From Escherichia phage IME11: 64,000 bases of DNA. The DNA lies in the sequence record NC_019423.1; one strand, written 5' to 3'. Below, piece after piece: positions 24,401-30,672 of the stretch. Both the position numbers and the translations under genes were made by a program. The notes below the pieces were generated by a model. It did no database searches, was not told the DNA's origin, and saw only the letters and a list, made by a program, of their open reading frames with translations. Positions within the stretch are counted from its first letter, which is position 1; each line of letters opens with the position of its first letter.

Positions 24401-25802
24401 TGTATATGATGACAAAGGGAATGTGGTTGCTTATGAGCAATCCATTGACCCTAACATGCTGAAGCACATTGAGGGTGAGAACCATCTTGCTCGTGCAATC
24501 GGTGTATGGCGTGGTCGTCAGGTAGAAGAGGCTAAGGCTCAGCGTTTCAACGATATGCTTATTGAGAACCTACATAGCATGTATGAGAACGACATTAAGA
24601 TGTCTGCCTCTAATAAGTCCCAGTACGTTAACCTTCTTGGTTCTAAACTGGACCCAGTAACTGCCGATGCTCTTAAGCTGATGAATAGTGAAACTCGTCA
24701 GAAAGCAGAAAGCCTGTTTGGCCCGGGTGAGTTGTGGGTACGTCGTGATATGCTCAACGATGCTCTTGGTTATCGTGCAGCTTCTGTAGGGGATGCCTGG
24801 TCTGGTAATTCTCGTTGGTCCCCAGAAACACTGGATACCTTCAAGAAAGCTATGCTAGGTGTATTTGGCAATCGTGCATATAAGTACACAATGGGTGGTG
24901 AGAACCTGGTTCAGAACTTAGTTAAAGAAGCTAAGACCCTGATTGTAGTTAAGTCAGTAGTCGTACCTGCAGTTAACTTCCTAGCTAACCTTTACCAGAT
25001 GGTTGCTCGTGGTGTACCGGTTAAGAACATTGCTAAGAGCATTCCACAGAAGACTGCTGAGATTAACCAGTACCTGAAATCTCGTCTACGTCAGGTAGAT
25101 GCAGAAGCAGAATTACGTGCAGCTACTAACCCGAACCAGATTCGTAAACTTAAGGCTGAGATTCAGTCCATCTCTGATAGCCATAAGCGTTTAAGTATCT
25201 GGCCTCTGTTAGAAGCTGGTGAGTTCTCTTCAATTGCAGATGCTGGTATCGGACGTGATGACATCCTTATTACTGAGGGTAAACTTCACGAATACATGGA
25301 TAAGCTGGCTGATAAGCTACCTAAGTCTGTACGTAACGCAGGTCGTTATGCACTTATCACTAAGGATACTGCTCTCTTCCAGGGTATCCAGAAGACGGTT
25401 GAGTACTCTGACTTTATCGCTAAAGCAATCATCTATGATGAACTGACTCAGCGTAAAGGTAAGACTCGTGAGGAAGCACTGGGACGTGTAACGGAAGAGT
25501 TCATTAACTATGATCGTTTACCTGGTCGCTTCCGTGGGTATATGGAAAGCATTGGCTTAATGTGGTTCTACAACTTTAAGATTCGTTCTGCAAAAGTTGC
25601 AGTGTCCATGATTCGTAATAACCCAGTACATGCTGCTATGGCTATGTTGGCTCCAACCCCTACCATGTTTGGTAATGTTGGTTTACCTATTCAGGACAAC
25701 ATCTTCAGCATTGCTGCACAGGGCAATCTCGGTTACTCCTTCGGTTTCGGTCAGGGCTTACGTGCCCATAACCTGAACCCTTGGCTCAATCTTACTAACT
25801 AA
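15432..25802 (+). CDS. virion-encapsidated RNA polymerase (N4 gp50-like vRNAP)
   Basis: Single 3456-aa ORF (10.4 kb); central region has T7-like single-subunit RNAP motifs (motif A-like LYVEADGVTNG, motif B-like KNPLTITIYGSGARG); size matches the roughly 3500-aa N4 vRNAP. Confidence 0.85.
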   Translation: MNRKHAMSTFDRLAGFADSITNAKQVDVSTATSQKQAAQGQSPFQLTPENAYNLQTGRVGNLGTGAFDPGSLQADFTQASPLEIINKYGNEQGLQILNSRANAADVVRQDLSKQRTNSEAFGDTLSGVGLGVANTLGGIAALGTGLVNDNAGASIASGMDWLNEGVHNLQSDALNATRKVVQNQNQISAQENQKLYEEDIKNGESSLVASLSRIGRDAFDSVANTLDNGMAASDGLSEGVGSLFTGGPLIRGVSALGKVMVGGDKAVKGITLAAELGSRPAQVALSAGRVAAPAVAIGGMEAGGAYQQTASEIMKMSHQELASKSPVYRQHIADGLSPDEARRQTASETGITAAGLTAPVAAATGPLVSRFELNPLKVGSLAGAGSNMLRETVEEGIQSGFGQFAQNTAIKENVDASRDTLKGVGEQAGLGALYGFGSAGVAQAPGATVKAAGAAVGPTVRTTLAGASLVGNALAKVASPITNILVQRGEEVAKRNEQASPVSDATVNAAAQEATAQAEQAQATVQEAVDAMDISPEEKAAATQYAADLTQAMKFDPVELEQANPAIREAVSGSTNRVEAIQKMADLVNTAEDPNIQMEAAIQMYDNIMSMDSFINRDPGALANLEQGSPAANIVDQFSGLMANVQNTPKVLRAFRAIHSMIQEQAEAGKLKATEEANQAQANNIAMAADMSPEVLDADSVNMVLKHASEGKITLGNRQRAALQSAAAVLQGAREFDAKAEELGLRPQDIVSKQIKTDESRSNEGQYSALQHAKRIRSAYNSGNFDLASAYLDDFMKFAQHMQNKVGALNEHLISGNADKNKSVHYQALSPSREWVRSRTGLGVNPYDTKSVKFAQQVGLEAKTVADIANALATAYPELNVSHVKVTPLDSRLDKPAAQVVKEFRQGNLDAAQSQQTNEPVNQVDESPAPVQEATTTVQPKTKPVVENKSAPVKDTSSKPEEVTTTESETVDTALTNEDTTQEVAETKTEMETVFPVYNNDKTPSQFLKAFALPEEPKTRTIGSESPLTDVKQALSSAARFEAFTQKENNALTGDVMKRYQDLLGFGETLKSTLSDRLAKFLANKNVGKRFAEGTEANRWVGGKLLNIVEKDGDTFKFNDQLLETAVLAGLQWRLTATQNAAIKDMKDVAAITGVEVSLLPDGILADFENAQTLVEATNSLAQKIESYWGLNRNPNAPLGYTKGIPMAMATEILSSLIEMGEVKESMLDVSEIDPASNKTVGLYTIEKLDDNDAINNFPTAIEEAVLVEPEEKMYFGDDIPSVAQTQLRNPAVKNTPEQQAALKAEQATEFRVHMPMVNFYEALGRDNILELMGAGTLNPELLNVNTAKSLEGKNLSVSMAYDSLFGVINQVQEQENGLDTPIHYGYNMTRVGRMQMLGKNNPQSSKLVREAILPTFSTIDLSNENSQTFSDFQLGLAQALGIKVHNMSREAMSEKLTKALEGNLKPAVDMMVEFDKSGHLPTDAVDILKTSLGGDKSFVALMALMEYARYLNSNDRANFNTPLYVEADGVTNGPINAMVLMTGGKFTPDWIKNTAKGGLFFGKAGKTMNEHRSQDDSVDLYEASTNGLQQALGELRSTYRNNVPVMSQMSHLQKLMDLFIKDFNLNEDGTLDLKRGIAKNPLTITIYGSGARGIAGKMVSAITDTIYERFSDVLQARAADPSISPAMAMFGKEAASEADAQAMLDTFLTSMEALTGNVPVMRKGELSIQQAEGALTGKLDPQKFTVSGNALKNLQENMLHLFVEPMRTGIRNTVGEGLMHSTENLQKATQIQSLVLQDMFQQAVQAKLAEKEKDPTWKKGDFLTQKELNEIQESLSPLAPMIETGSQTFYIAGSENTDVANQVLATNLDDRMRVPMSIYAPSQAGVAGIPFMTIGTGDGMMMQTLSTMKGAPKNTLKIFDGMNIGINDITDASRKANEAVYTSWQGNPIKNVYDSFAKFMKNVDFSKLSDETKQAIAKSALEYDQREGATDDLLRIGAEQIERNLRNIALGVDIRHKVMNQVQTTVDQMAAVGAPYVNNGKISLEGLTVDQQVAKLNELFDVELNKRRDAVRAAKAEPVKEVPAMEQVGRVLKSGVRLLSNTAITKLAKEMTPEQAAVLKEVQNSLAAKDYKVVYGTPSQLDAYAIEKNITRPAPEDIEAAEAGNAYGWTNFDDKTIYLVTPSLETLVHELVHASTFESVLAHYEGTPNEAVQNIEDLMNQFRTLDVKDESPAVREAYADALNTINGHLSNGFIEPAMAKAAALNEYMAWGLTNRELIGKQKKTTALKAMVQSVYEAIKRLVFGRKKAPANADDMFSGLLFNSSVVMRGQAPTAAVAKDTTLFHNKAYGDNTRLEELGKTFDKLITNYIGSEPVQQVIRKGKFSDAVVNATKVTRDVQAHGFTMNMQEQRLFTNIVAALATEAAISPAALARAQEYYAHVTKNLTVEAFMTDPDSTNPADRYYAQQKFDTIMGANNIEFDAQGRSSLLPTFVALAMVSEDVRNVLADIPVMKADKQSGNTVDAMLTNIGTAAMASLNARVAGDTKATNVQEGMDALAQTIMQTSLNAQSFYDSVATPSGNAIDRANQYLVDSIDVLSTRALEGAREVAANTKNPLVKGAAHAAQLVAAIATEKNGAIVAEGVMAAMNQGKAWQPFHDLVNDLTGRTKSNASVYDLIKAVRAQVQADRQQFREHLPTTIASKFSRKLTNDEWKAMHTGMGKTDLAVLRDTMSLAEIRDLLTDQKIVDREVNKLEADLQKQAGRNWPLISRKSKQLAQYMINGTVGSNLLRNATAISRMLGERQAARSTVDVAQLDKLITLYALEAMNKTDREMLSSLAQTEIEGMDFATSYLVGQRKDEMAKAKSDMRATLNQYKGHIPSETKQGVNLIVAEDSQFADLIEKSYVRLGTYQGSSANRGPARSYYFAPVQAQAPFSQGILQNVRNTAGGVDLGTGFTMGSMVAGRITDKPSVDRITKALARGERGNEPLLPVYDDKGNVVAYEQSIDPNMLKHIEGENHLARAIGVWRGRQVEEAKAQRFNDMLIENLHSMYENDIKMSASNKSQYVNLLGSKLDPVTADALKLMNSETRQKAESLFGPGELWVRRDMLNDALGYRAASVGDAWSGNSRWSPETLDTFKKAMLGVFGNRAYKYTMGGENLVQNLVKEAKTLIVVKSVVVPAVNFLANLYQMVARGVPVKNIAKSIPQKTAEINQYLKSRLRQVDAEAELRAATNPNQIRKLKAEIQSISDSHKRLSIWPLLEAGEFSSIADAGIGRDDILITEGKLHEYMDKLADKLPKSVRNAGRYALITKDTALFQGIQKTVEYSDFIAKAIIYDELTQRKGKTREEALGRVTEEFINYDRLPGRFRGYMESIGLMWFYNFKIRSAKVAVSMIRNNPVHAAMAMLAPTPTMFGNVGLPIQDNIFSIAAQGNLGYSFGFGQGLRAHNLNPWLNLTN

Positions 25803-25807
25803 ATAAA

Positions 25808-25832
25808 AAAGCCCCTCTAGTGAGGGGCTTTA
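25808..25832. terminator. bidirectional rho-independent terminator between convergent late and middle transcription units
   Basis: GCCCCTC-TAGT-GAGGGGC hairpin flanked by an A-run upstream and T-rich run downstream. Confidence 0.65.
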
Positions 25833-25834
25833 CT

Positions 25835-26071
25835 TTAGAATCTTTCAATTCGTTTATTTAGTACATATAGATAGGAACCCATAGCTTGATGTTGTAACCC
25901 AAGCAGGTATTTCTCTTCCGGTTCAATATCACGTGCTTTGGGACTGAGTAATAAATCACCTAAAGCTTCATACTTCTCTTTGAGATTATCTCTTTCCACT
26001 AATACTCTTACTTGATATGCTGCAAATGATTTAGTCATGTGTTCTCCACATCTTAGGCTTACGCCCTTCAC
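25835..26071 (-). CDS. hypothetical protein (78 aa)
   Basis: ORF at the distal end of the minus-strand gene block. Confidence 0.45.
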   Translation of the reverse strand: MKGVSLRCGEHMTKSFAAYQVRVLVERDNLKEKYEALGDLLLSPKARDIEPEEKYLLGLQHQAMGSYLYVLNKRIERF

Positions 26072-26264
26072 TTAGGAATTTACCAGTCTCCTTAATCTTC
26101 TGTAGTGTTTCCTCAGAAGGGAACCACAGGAATGAGAAGTAAAGTTTCTTAGCTACGTAACGAGTTACTCCTAGTTTCTCTGCGATTTCATCAAATGAAT
26201 ATGTACGGACGGTATTGTTGAGAATGGCCTCACGAACAACAGAGGTAATAGATACTTGTGTCAT
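26031..26264 (-). CDS. hypothetical protein (77 aa)
   Basis: ORF; overlaps the downstream ORF by 41 nt. Confidence 0.45.
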   Translation of the reverse strand: MTQVSITSVVREAILNNTVRTYSFDEIAEKLGVTRYVAKKLYFSFLWFPSEETLQKIKETGKFLSEGRKPKMWRTHD

Positions 26265-26274
26265 GCTATCTTCC

Positions 26275-26775
26275 TTACAGAATTACCCAGTCTTCTGCTA
26301 ATACATCTGATTGGGATGGAACCCAAGGCATAAACTGGTCATCGACAGTTTTGATTCCCAACCACGGGCGTGGCTTCAGTTCATCAGCAAATCCTGGACG
26401 CTCTAAGCTACTACTGTTCCAATCTTGAGCGTCAACGTACTCAACATACATTCCTTTTCCGTTCCAACCTTTGCGGGCTAGCTTGAATCCTGATTTGAGA
26501 AGCTCTACTGCATGACCAAAGGTACAACCTTTTTCTACGTCATGGTATGCAGCTTCGAATGCAGTTTTAGGTGACCAGCTAATATAGCCACGGAACTGAG
26601 GATGGTTGGACTTCGAGTCTGGATACTCAACTAAGTAACCTACTTCTAGCGGGTCTTCATCTGCTGGTACATCCCAGCCACGAAGTTTGCAGTATGTTTC
26701 TTTGTTCATCCGGAAACCATTTACACACTTGGTTCCGATATAGTTGGTGAAATGGACTTTAATTTCTTCTGACAT
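26275..26775 (-). CDS. two-domain protein; C-terminal region resembles DUF2829 (Tad2-like) family
   Basis: ORF track 26275..26913; Met at 26775 is preceded by GAGGT; C-terminal ARKGWNGKGMYV ... PWVPSQSDVLAEDWVIL resembles my memory of the DUF2829 signature, which I cannot verify here. Confidence 0.35.
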   Translation of the reverse strand: MSEEIKVHFTNYIGTKCVNGFRMNKETYCKLRGWDVPADEDPLEVGYLVEYPDSKSNHPQFRGYISWSPKTAFEAAYHDVEKGCTFGHAVELLKSGFKLARKGWNGKGMYVEYVDAQDWNSSSLERPGFADELKPRPWLGIKTVDDQFMPWVPSQSDVLAEDWVIL

Positions 26776-26784
26776 AACTACCTC

Positions 26785-26811
26785 AAATGATAAAGCCCTC
26801 ACTAGGAGGGC
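26785..26811 (-). terminator. rho-independent terminator
   Basis: GCCCTC-CTAGT-GAGGGC hairpin followed on the minus strand by TTTATCATTT. Confidence 0.45.
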
Positions 26812-26919
26812 TTGTTTTGTTTTGGCTTCTAAAGCCTTACCACATGTCGGGTAGTTCTGTACCTTTCGGTGAAAACTACCATATACCTGTTTGCTAAATG
26901 GTGCAACCACCACTAACTT

Positions 26920-27168
26920 TTATTTAGAATATTGCCCTTTCGTATACTCAATGAAGTATCCGAACTTAGCTTCATACTCTGTAGGGGGATGTTTGCTTAC
27001 ATGGTGTTTAGCCATACTAAGTAATTCCTTTTCCAACTTATTTACATTGATTGTATCTGCTGTTTCCCCAATAGGGAACTTATGGTGGTAAGCTGGTTCA
27101 GAAGTAATTTTTCCGCTTTTAGCTAAAACTTTAACGGAAGCAAACCCAACTTTAGGGTTTATATCCAT
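26920..27168 (-). CDS. hypothetical protein (82 aa)
   Basis: ORF, stop adjacent to the upstream gene. Confidence 0.5.
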   Translation of the reverse strand: MDINPKVGFASVKVLAKSGKITSEPAYHHKFPIGETADTINVNKLEKELLSMAKHHVSKHPPTEYEAKFGYFIEYTKGQYSK

Positions 27169-27617
27169 TAGATTTTACAACCCCCACCTTCACACTCATT
27201 ATTTTCCAGGAAGCCCTTCAGCATTTCTTGGCTCTGAGCTTGCTCATGCAGATTCTGCTTAAGCAGGTAACCTTCCAGTAACCAGACCTTATCGATTGCA
27301 TTTTCATAGGCAATCTTACGCCCAATTTCTTCGTTGAAGTTTCCCGGGGATGCACAGGCAGACTCACCAGTAACAGTGAAGCCATTCTCCAGAACCAGTA
27401 CACAGAAAGTCAGCAGAGATAGTGACTGTACTTCCTGGTTCTTAATGGTTGCTAAGTCTGGTAGTACAGATGCTGCACCATCCAGGCCAGTAAAGAAGTA
27501 AGTACCAAGTACTTTACTCTTGATGTGGTCAGGGGTAATGCGTGGAGCTTTATCAGCACCAGCTTCTTTAATCTGTTGTTCGAGTTCCATAGATTCCTCA
27601 GTGTTTATGTTATTCAA
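27168..27617 (-). CDS. hypothetical protein (149 aa)
   Basis: ORF directly downstream of the tRNA-like cluster and its terminator. Confidence 0.5.
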   Translation of the reverse strand: MNNINTEESMELEQQIKEAGADKAPRITPDHIKSKVLGTYFFTGLDGAASVLPDLATIKNQEVQSLSLLTFCVLVLENGFTVTGESACASPGNFNEEIGRKIAYENAIDKVWLLEGYLLKQNLHEQAQSQEMLKGFLENNECEGGGCKI

Positions 27618-27618
27618 A

Positions 27619-27655
27619 TAAAAAAGTCCCCCAGAGGGGCGACTCTAGGGGACTT
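27619..27655 (-). terminator. rho-independent terminator downstream of the tRNA-like cluster
   Basis: Minus strand reads GTCCCC...CCCCTCTGGGGGAC followed by TTTTTTATTT. Confidence 0.55.
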
Positions 27656-27898
27656 AGTACTATTTACCCATAGCTGGGAGGCTTTTGGTTCTTACCACGA
27701 AGACAGTCCACGCTGACTAGGCTTGGGATTGATAGTCCCGTTCCTGTGGTAATTACTCAGGCTAGGATTTAAGGAGTTCCTATTCTCCAGCGAAATTCCC
27801 GTCGAGGGGAATAACAATACAATAGCAGTCACTGGACTGTCTTACCAGTGTTGTCTTTAGAGTGCTATGCAATCAGGACTATGTTACTGCTGAATGGG

Positions 27899-27972
27899 TG
27901 TCCACTACTGGATTTGAACCAGTGACTTTCCGATTATTAGTCGGTTGCTTTCCCCGTCTAAGCTAAGTGGAC
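27899..27972 (-). tRNA. tRNA gene, apparent anticodon AAT (Ile-reading) by hand folding
   Basis: Minus strand GTCCACT-TA-GCTT-AGACGGGGA-AAGC-A-ACCGA-CTAATAA-TCGGA-AAGTC-ACTGG-TTCAAAT-CCAGT-AGTGGAC-A: 7-bp acceptor stem, D arm, canonical 7-nt anticodon loop with U33, T arm with TTCAAAT loop. Confidence 0.6.
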
Positions 27973-27978
27973 TTATTA

Positions 27979-28054
27979 TGGTTACCCAGGCAGGATTCGA
28001 ACCTGCGTCCTAGTTGGTTTACTAGTGGGGCTTTACCACTAAGCCTACTGGGTA
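27979..28054 (-). tRNA. tRNA-like gene with encoded CCA and non-canonical anticodon arm
   Basis: Minus strand TACCCAG...GCAGG-TTCGAAT-CCTGC-CTGGGTA-A-CCA: perfect acceptor, D and T arms, but the anticodon region (CCACTAGTAAACCAACTAGGAC) pairs only as CTAG/CTAG with a 6- or 8-nt loop. Confidence 0.5.
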
Positions 28055-28292
28055 TTAATAGGGGAGTCATGCCAGGCTTTAACTGGCTCCTTCTTCGCAA
28101 TCCTTACATACCCCTACATAATTATTGCGTTAAGCTTTTTTGTTTAAGTTTAAGTGAAGGCGTTCTTGCTGACTCATTGTTGGATGCTCCCGGGTATCTG
28201 AACTATTGAACGGGTGTTTCCAGCCATGCAGGCGTTCAAGATGTTTGGGAGCATAATTCTTTCAATTCAGAGTAGCACTGTTGCAGTCGTCA

Positions 28293-28370
28293 CTGCCCAT
28301 AGGTAAGGATTCGAACCTTACAATACCGTTAGTTTGCAACGTCGCTGTACCATTTCGCGTTCTATGCAAT
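28293..28370 (-). tRNA. tRNA-like element (possibly degenerate)
   Basis: T arm TAAGG-TTCGAAT-CCTTA on the minus strand; acceptor pairs only 5 of 7 and anticodon loop lacks U33 in my fold. Confidence 0.3.
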
Positions 28371-28383
28371 GCTACTTTGAATT

Positions 28384-28450
28384 GGTTCCGGCGTCTGGAC
28401 TCGAACCAGAACACTCACGTTTGTGCACAACGCTAGTACCTACACCGGAA
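28384..28450 (-). tRNA. compact tRNA-like element (about 64 nt) with encoded CCA
   Basis: Minus strand TCCGGTG ... TCTGG-TTCGAGT-CCAGA-CGCCGGA-A-CCA: 7-bp acceptor (one G-U) and T arm, but only 31 nt between them, too short for normal D and anticodon arms. Confidence 0.3.
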
Positions 28451-29460
28451 TTAATTGCCAGGGATTCCACCTGGCTCTATCTGTTTTTATAGTCACTCAG
28501 ATATCGTCTGGACTTGTTGTGGTGACCGGTACTGATCTCCGGCATAAGGCGCTTATTCGGCGGCGTCGAGCTTGCTTATTCGCTTGAGCCATCCTCGTGA
28601 GTCAGCCACGTCCCACTGCGCATCAGCCTGCACATTCACCACAACGGAAAGAGCACTGATGCGCTCACTTGGGACTCCTTAGCCATAACCCACGGGCTTC
28701 TGGTACACCAATGCTCTTACCTGTTGTGTGCCCATTATTAATCACACCGGGCCAGTGCGCCGAATTTGTTTACAAGGAATCGGAAGACCTTGCTGACTTA
28801 TAGGCTATTACGCCGCCATCAGAACAACATCATCGTTTGCATTTATGTTATTGGTTCGTTTCTAAAAAACCACATAATCGCTTACGAAAACTATCAAAGA
28901 GTACACTTACTCGACTGGTTAAACTACATCTGTCCAGCTCCGCAACAAATATACTCATTGATAGGATGTCATAATAGGGGAGGGAGGACGAATCCCTCTT
29001 TACCCTATGGTTTAGTTTACATGTAAGACCTAACATCTCTATGCTGGATGAATAGCGTAATGAACTATCCGACATCATTGGTTAATGTTGTGCTCAACAT
29101 GAGCGTTAGTTGATAAGGGATCTGAAGCCTTATCCTAAAGATACTAACCTTTGGGATATAGCCTAAGATTCAGAAATGGCCCCTATAGGGAGAGGCCATT
29201 GATTAACCCGAATGTTGCTTTACATTTTCTGTGATAACCCATTCTTAAAATAGTCTACCTGACGGATGGGAGTTAACCCTAGCGTCAGTGCCATACGGCA
29301 AAGATTAAGTTAAGAAAGGTTACGATAGGAGTTCCTATCTCAAAGGATTCTAACAGAACCCTTCACGATATTAACTATTCATTGTGAAATTCTTTGTTTC
29401 CTTCAGCAGGTTCTACACCCAAGAAAAAGCTAACTTTTCCACTTAGTTTAGATTGAACCA
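28451..29460 (-). ncRNA. candidate structured non-coding RNA region adjacent to the tRNA-like cluster (strand not established)
   Basis: About 1 kb with no credible ORF; 28500-28760 is locally GC-rich (about 52-62 percent versus about 38 percent at 29101-29160, hand counts) with a long inverted repeat GTCCCACTGCGCATCAG / CTGATGCGCTCACTTGGGAC; further hairpins at 29120-29350. Confidence 0.25.
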
Positions 29461-29675
29461 ATGGACTTCGGAGAGTATTAAAGCCCACTGGTTCGGTTGT
29501 TGTTGTTACTCTGGCGGCTTGTCACCACCGTGTTTACCACTGCATTTCCACAGGATAATGACAGTGATGATAAAAGCTATGTATGGAGCCGACACGTCTA
29601 TAATCCTGACCAGTAGTAGCATCAGGACTATAAACACTACCACACCTAGCAGCAGCTTCTGAGCCACCTACCAGA

Positions 29676-30116
29676 TTAACTACGTTTCAGGCCAGCGAAC
29701 AGTGAAGGTTTCGCAGCAGGTTTCTCTACTGGTTCTTCAGCCTTAACTTCTTCCTGCACAACTTCTTCTTGTGCTTCTGGTTCAGCTACTGCTTCTTCTT
29801 CAGGTTCCGGCGTAGAACTCTCGTTCTGACCACCAGTAGAGGTCTGGGTTTCTTCTACCTTTACCTCTTCAACTACTTCTTCCGGCTCTGGTTCTACCGG
29901 GCGATGTTTAGCTTCTTGAGGGTTCTTACGAGAACGGCGAGTTTTCTTCTCTACTCCCACGGGTGGAGTATCTTCATGAACCTCTTCGTTGATGCCAACG
30001 GAGGCAGTACCATCTGCATTGATGACAATACTAATGTCACCAGCAAGATTGATTTGATCATCGACATAAGCCTGTACAGCAGCTTCTACTTCGGACTGGT
30101 TCAAAATGATTTGCAT
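29676..30116 (-). CDS. hypothetical protein with small N-terminal domain and long acidic Glu/Pro/Val-rich tail
   Basis: 146-aa ORF; residues about 50-130 are low-complexity acidic repeats; abuts the resolvase gene. Confidence 0.5.
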   Translation of the reverse strand: MQIILNQSEVEAAVQAYVDDQINLAGDISIVINADGTASVGINEEVHEDTPPVGVEKKTRRSRKNPQEAKHRPVEPEPEEVVEEVKVEETQTSTGGQNESSTPEPEEEAVAEPEAQEEVVQEEVKAEEPVEKPAAKPSLFAGLKRS

Positions 30117-30117
30117 A

Positions 30118-30672
30118 TTACGCCTTTAATAACTTAATGAGGTTCTGGAAAGCTGAGAGATTTACACCAGCATGTATTGCACCGATTGCATCTGCTAAGT
30201 GCTCATTCTTATTCAGAAGTTTACCCTTCTTATCAGTGAGCCAGTTGGCTTCAGGATAGATGGCATGAGCAGCACGAATCATCGTGTCTTTGGATGCAGT
30301 TTTATCACCGACCAGTGCAAGTTTGTTTTCAATTGGGGATACTTCAAAGATTGGACAACCCAATGCACGAAATGCACCTATTAATCCTACGCATACGCCA
30401 TATGATTTCATACCGTTAGCAGACTGAGAGCCTACTGGTACTTCTACGAATACTGCTTTAGCAGATCGTAACCATTCTTCACAACCAAGAAACAAATCGT
30501 GAGCGGCTTGTATATCTTTGGAGTTGGTTCGAACTTGTTTGTTGTGGTCAACTTCAGTTTGAACCAGTTTAAGTTCGACCTGCTCGAAGACGCCGGACTC
30601 AATGTCCAGCATCCCACGAGCTAAACCCCAATTGCGGAGACTAATGTCTGCACCGACAATTGGGATTTTCAT
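30118..30672 (-). CDS. RuvC-like Holliday junction resolvase
   Basis: 184 aa; N-terminal IVGADISLRNWGLA (RuvC-like first catalytic Asp region) and C-terminal HLADAIGAIHAG resembling the RuvC DAADA motif. Confidence 0.55.
   Translation of the reverse strand: MKIPIVGADISLRNWGLARGMLDIESGVFEQVELKLVQTEVDHNKQVRTNSKDIQAAHDLFLGCEEWLRSAKAVFVEVPVGSQSANGMKSYGVCVGLIGAFRALGCPIFEVSPIENKLALVGDKTASKDTMIRAAHAIYPEANWLTDKKGKLLNKNEHLADAIGAIHAGVNLSAFQNLIKLLKA

Noticed and set aside
15700-25446. About 30 short ORFs on both strands inside the vRNAP gene (e.g. 16016..16372, 17664..18080, 22820..23077)
   Set aside because: All lie within the continuous 3456-aa frame, which has recognisable polymerase motifs; no independent start signals.
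27967-28209. 80-aa + strand ORF
   Set aside because: Lies across the tRNA-like genes on the opposite strand; the QDSNLRP-type peptide is what antisense translation of tRNA sequence typically gives.
28293-29010. tmRNA or split/intron-containing tRNA hypothesis
   Set aside because: A 7-nt match (CCATAGG at 29004-29010) could pair with the third tRNA-like 3' acceptor, but the 700-nt span is too long for a tmRNA, I found no tag-peptide reading frame, and a single 7-mer match is expected by chance; left as part of the ncRNA candidate.
28766-29078. ORFs 28766..29026 (+) and 28848..29078 (-) in the non-coding region
   Set aside because: No RBS, mutually overlapping, and inside a hairpin-dense region better explained as structured RNA or regulatory DNA.
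29453-29662. 69-aa + strand ORF
   Set aside because: Opposite to the local transcription direction and Cys/Ser-rich low-complexity; a 38-aa minus-strand frame here is also weak.
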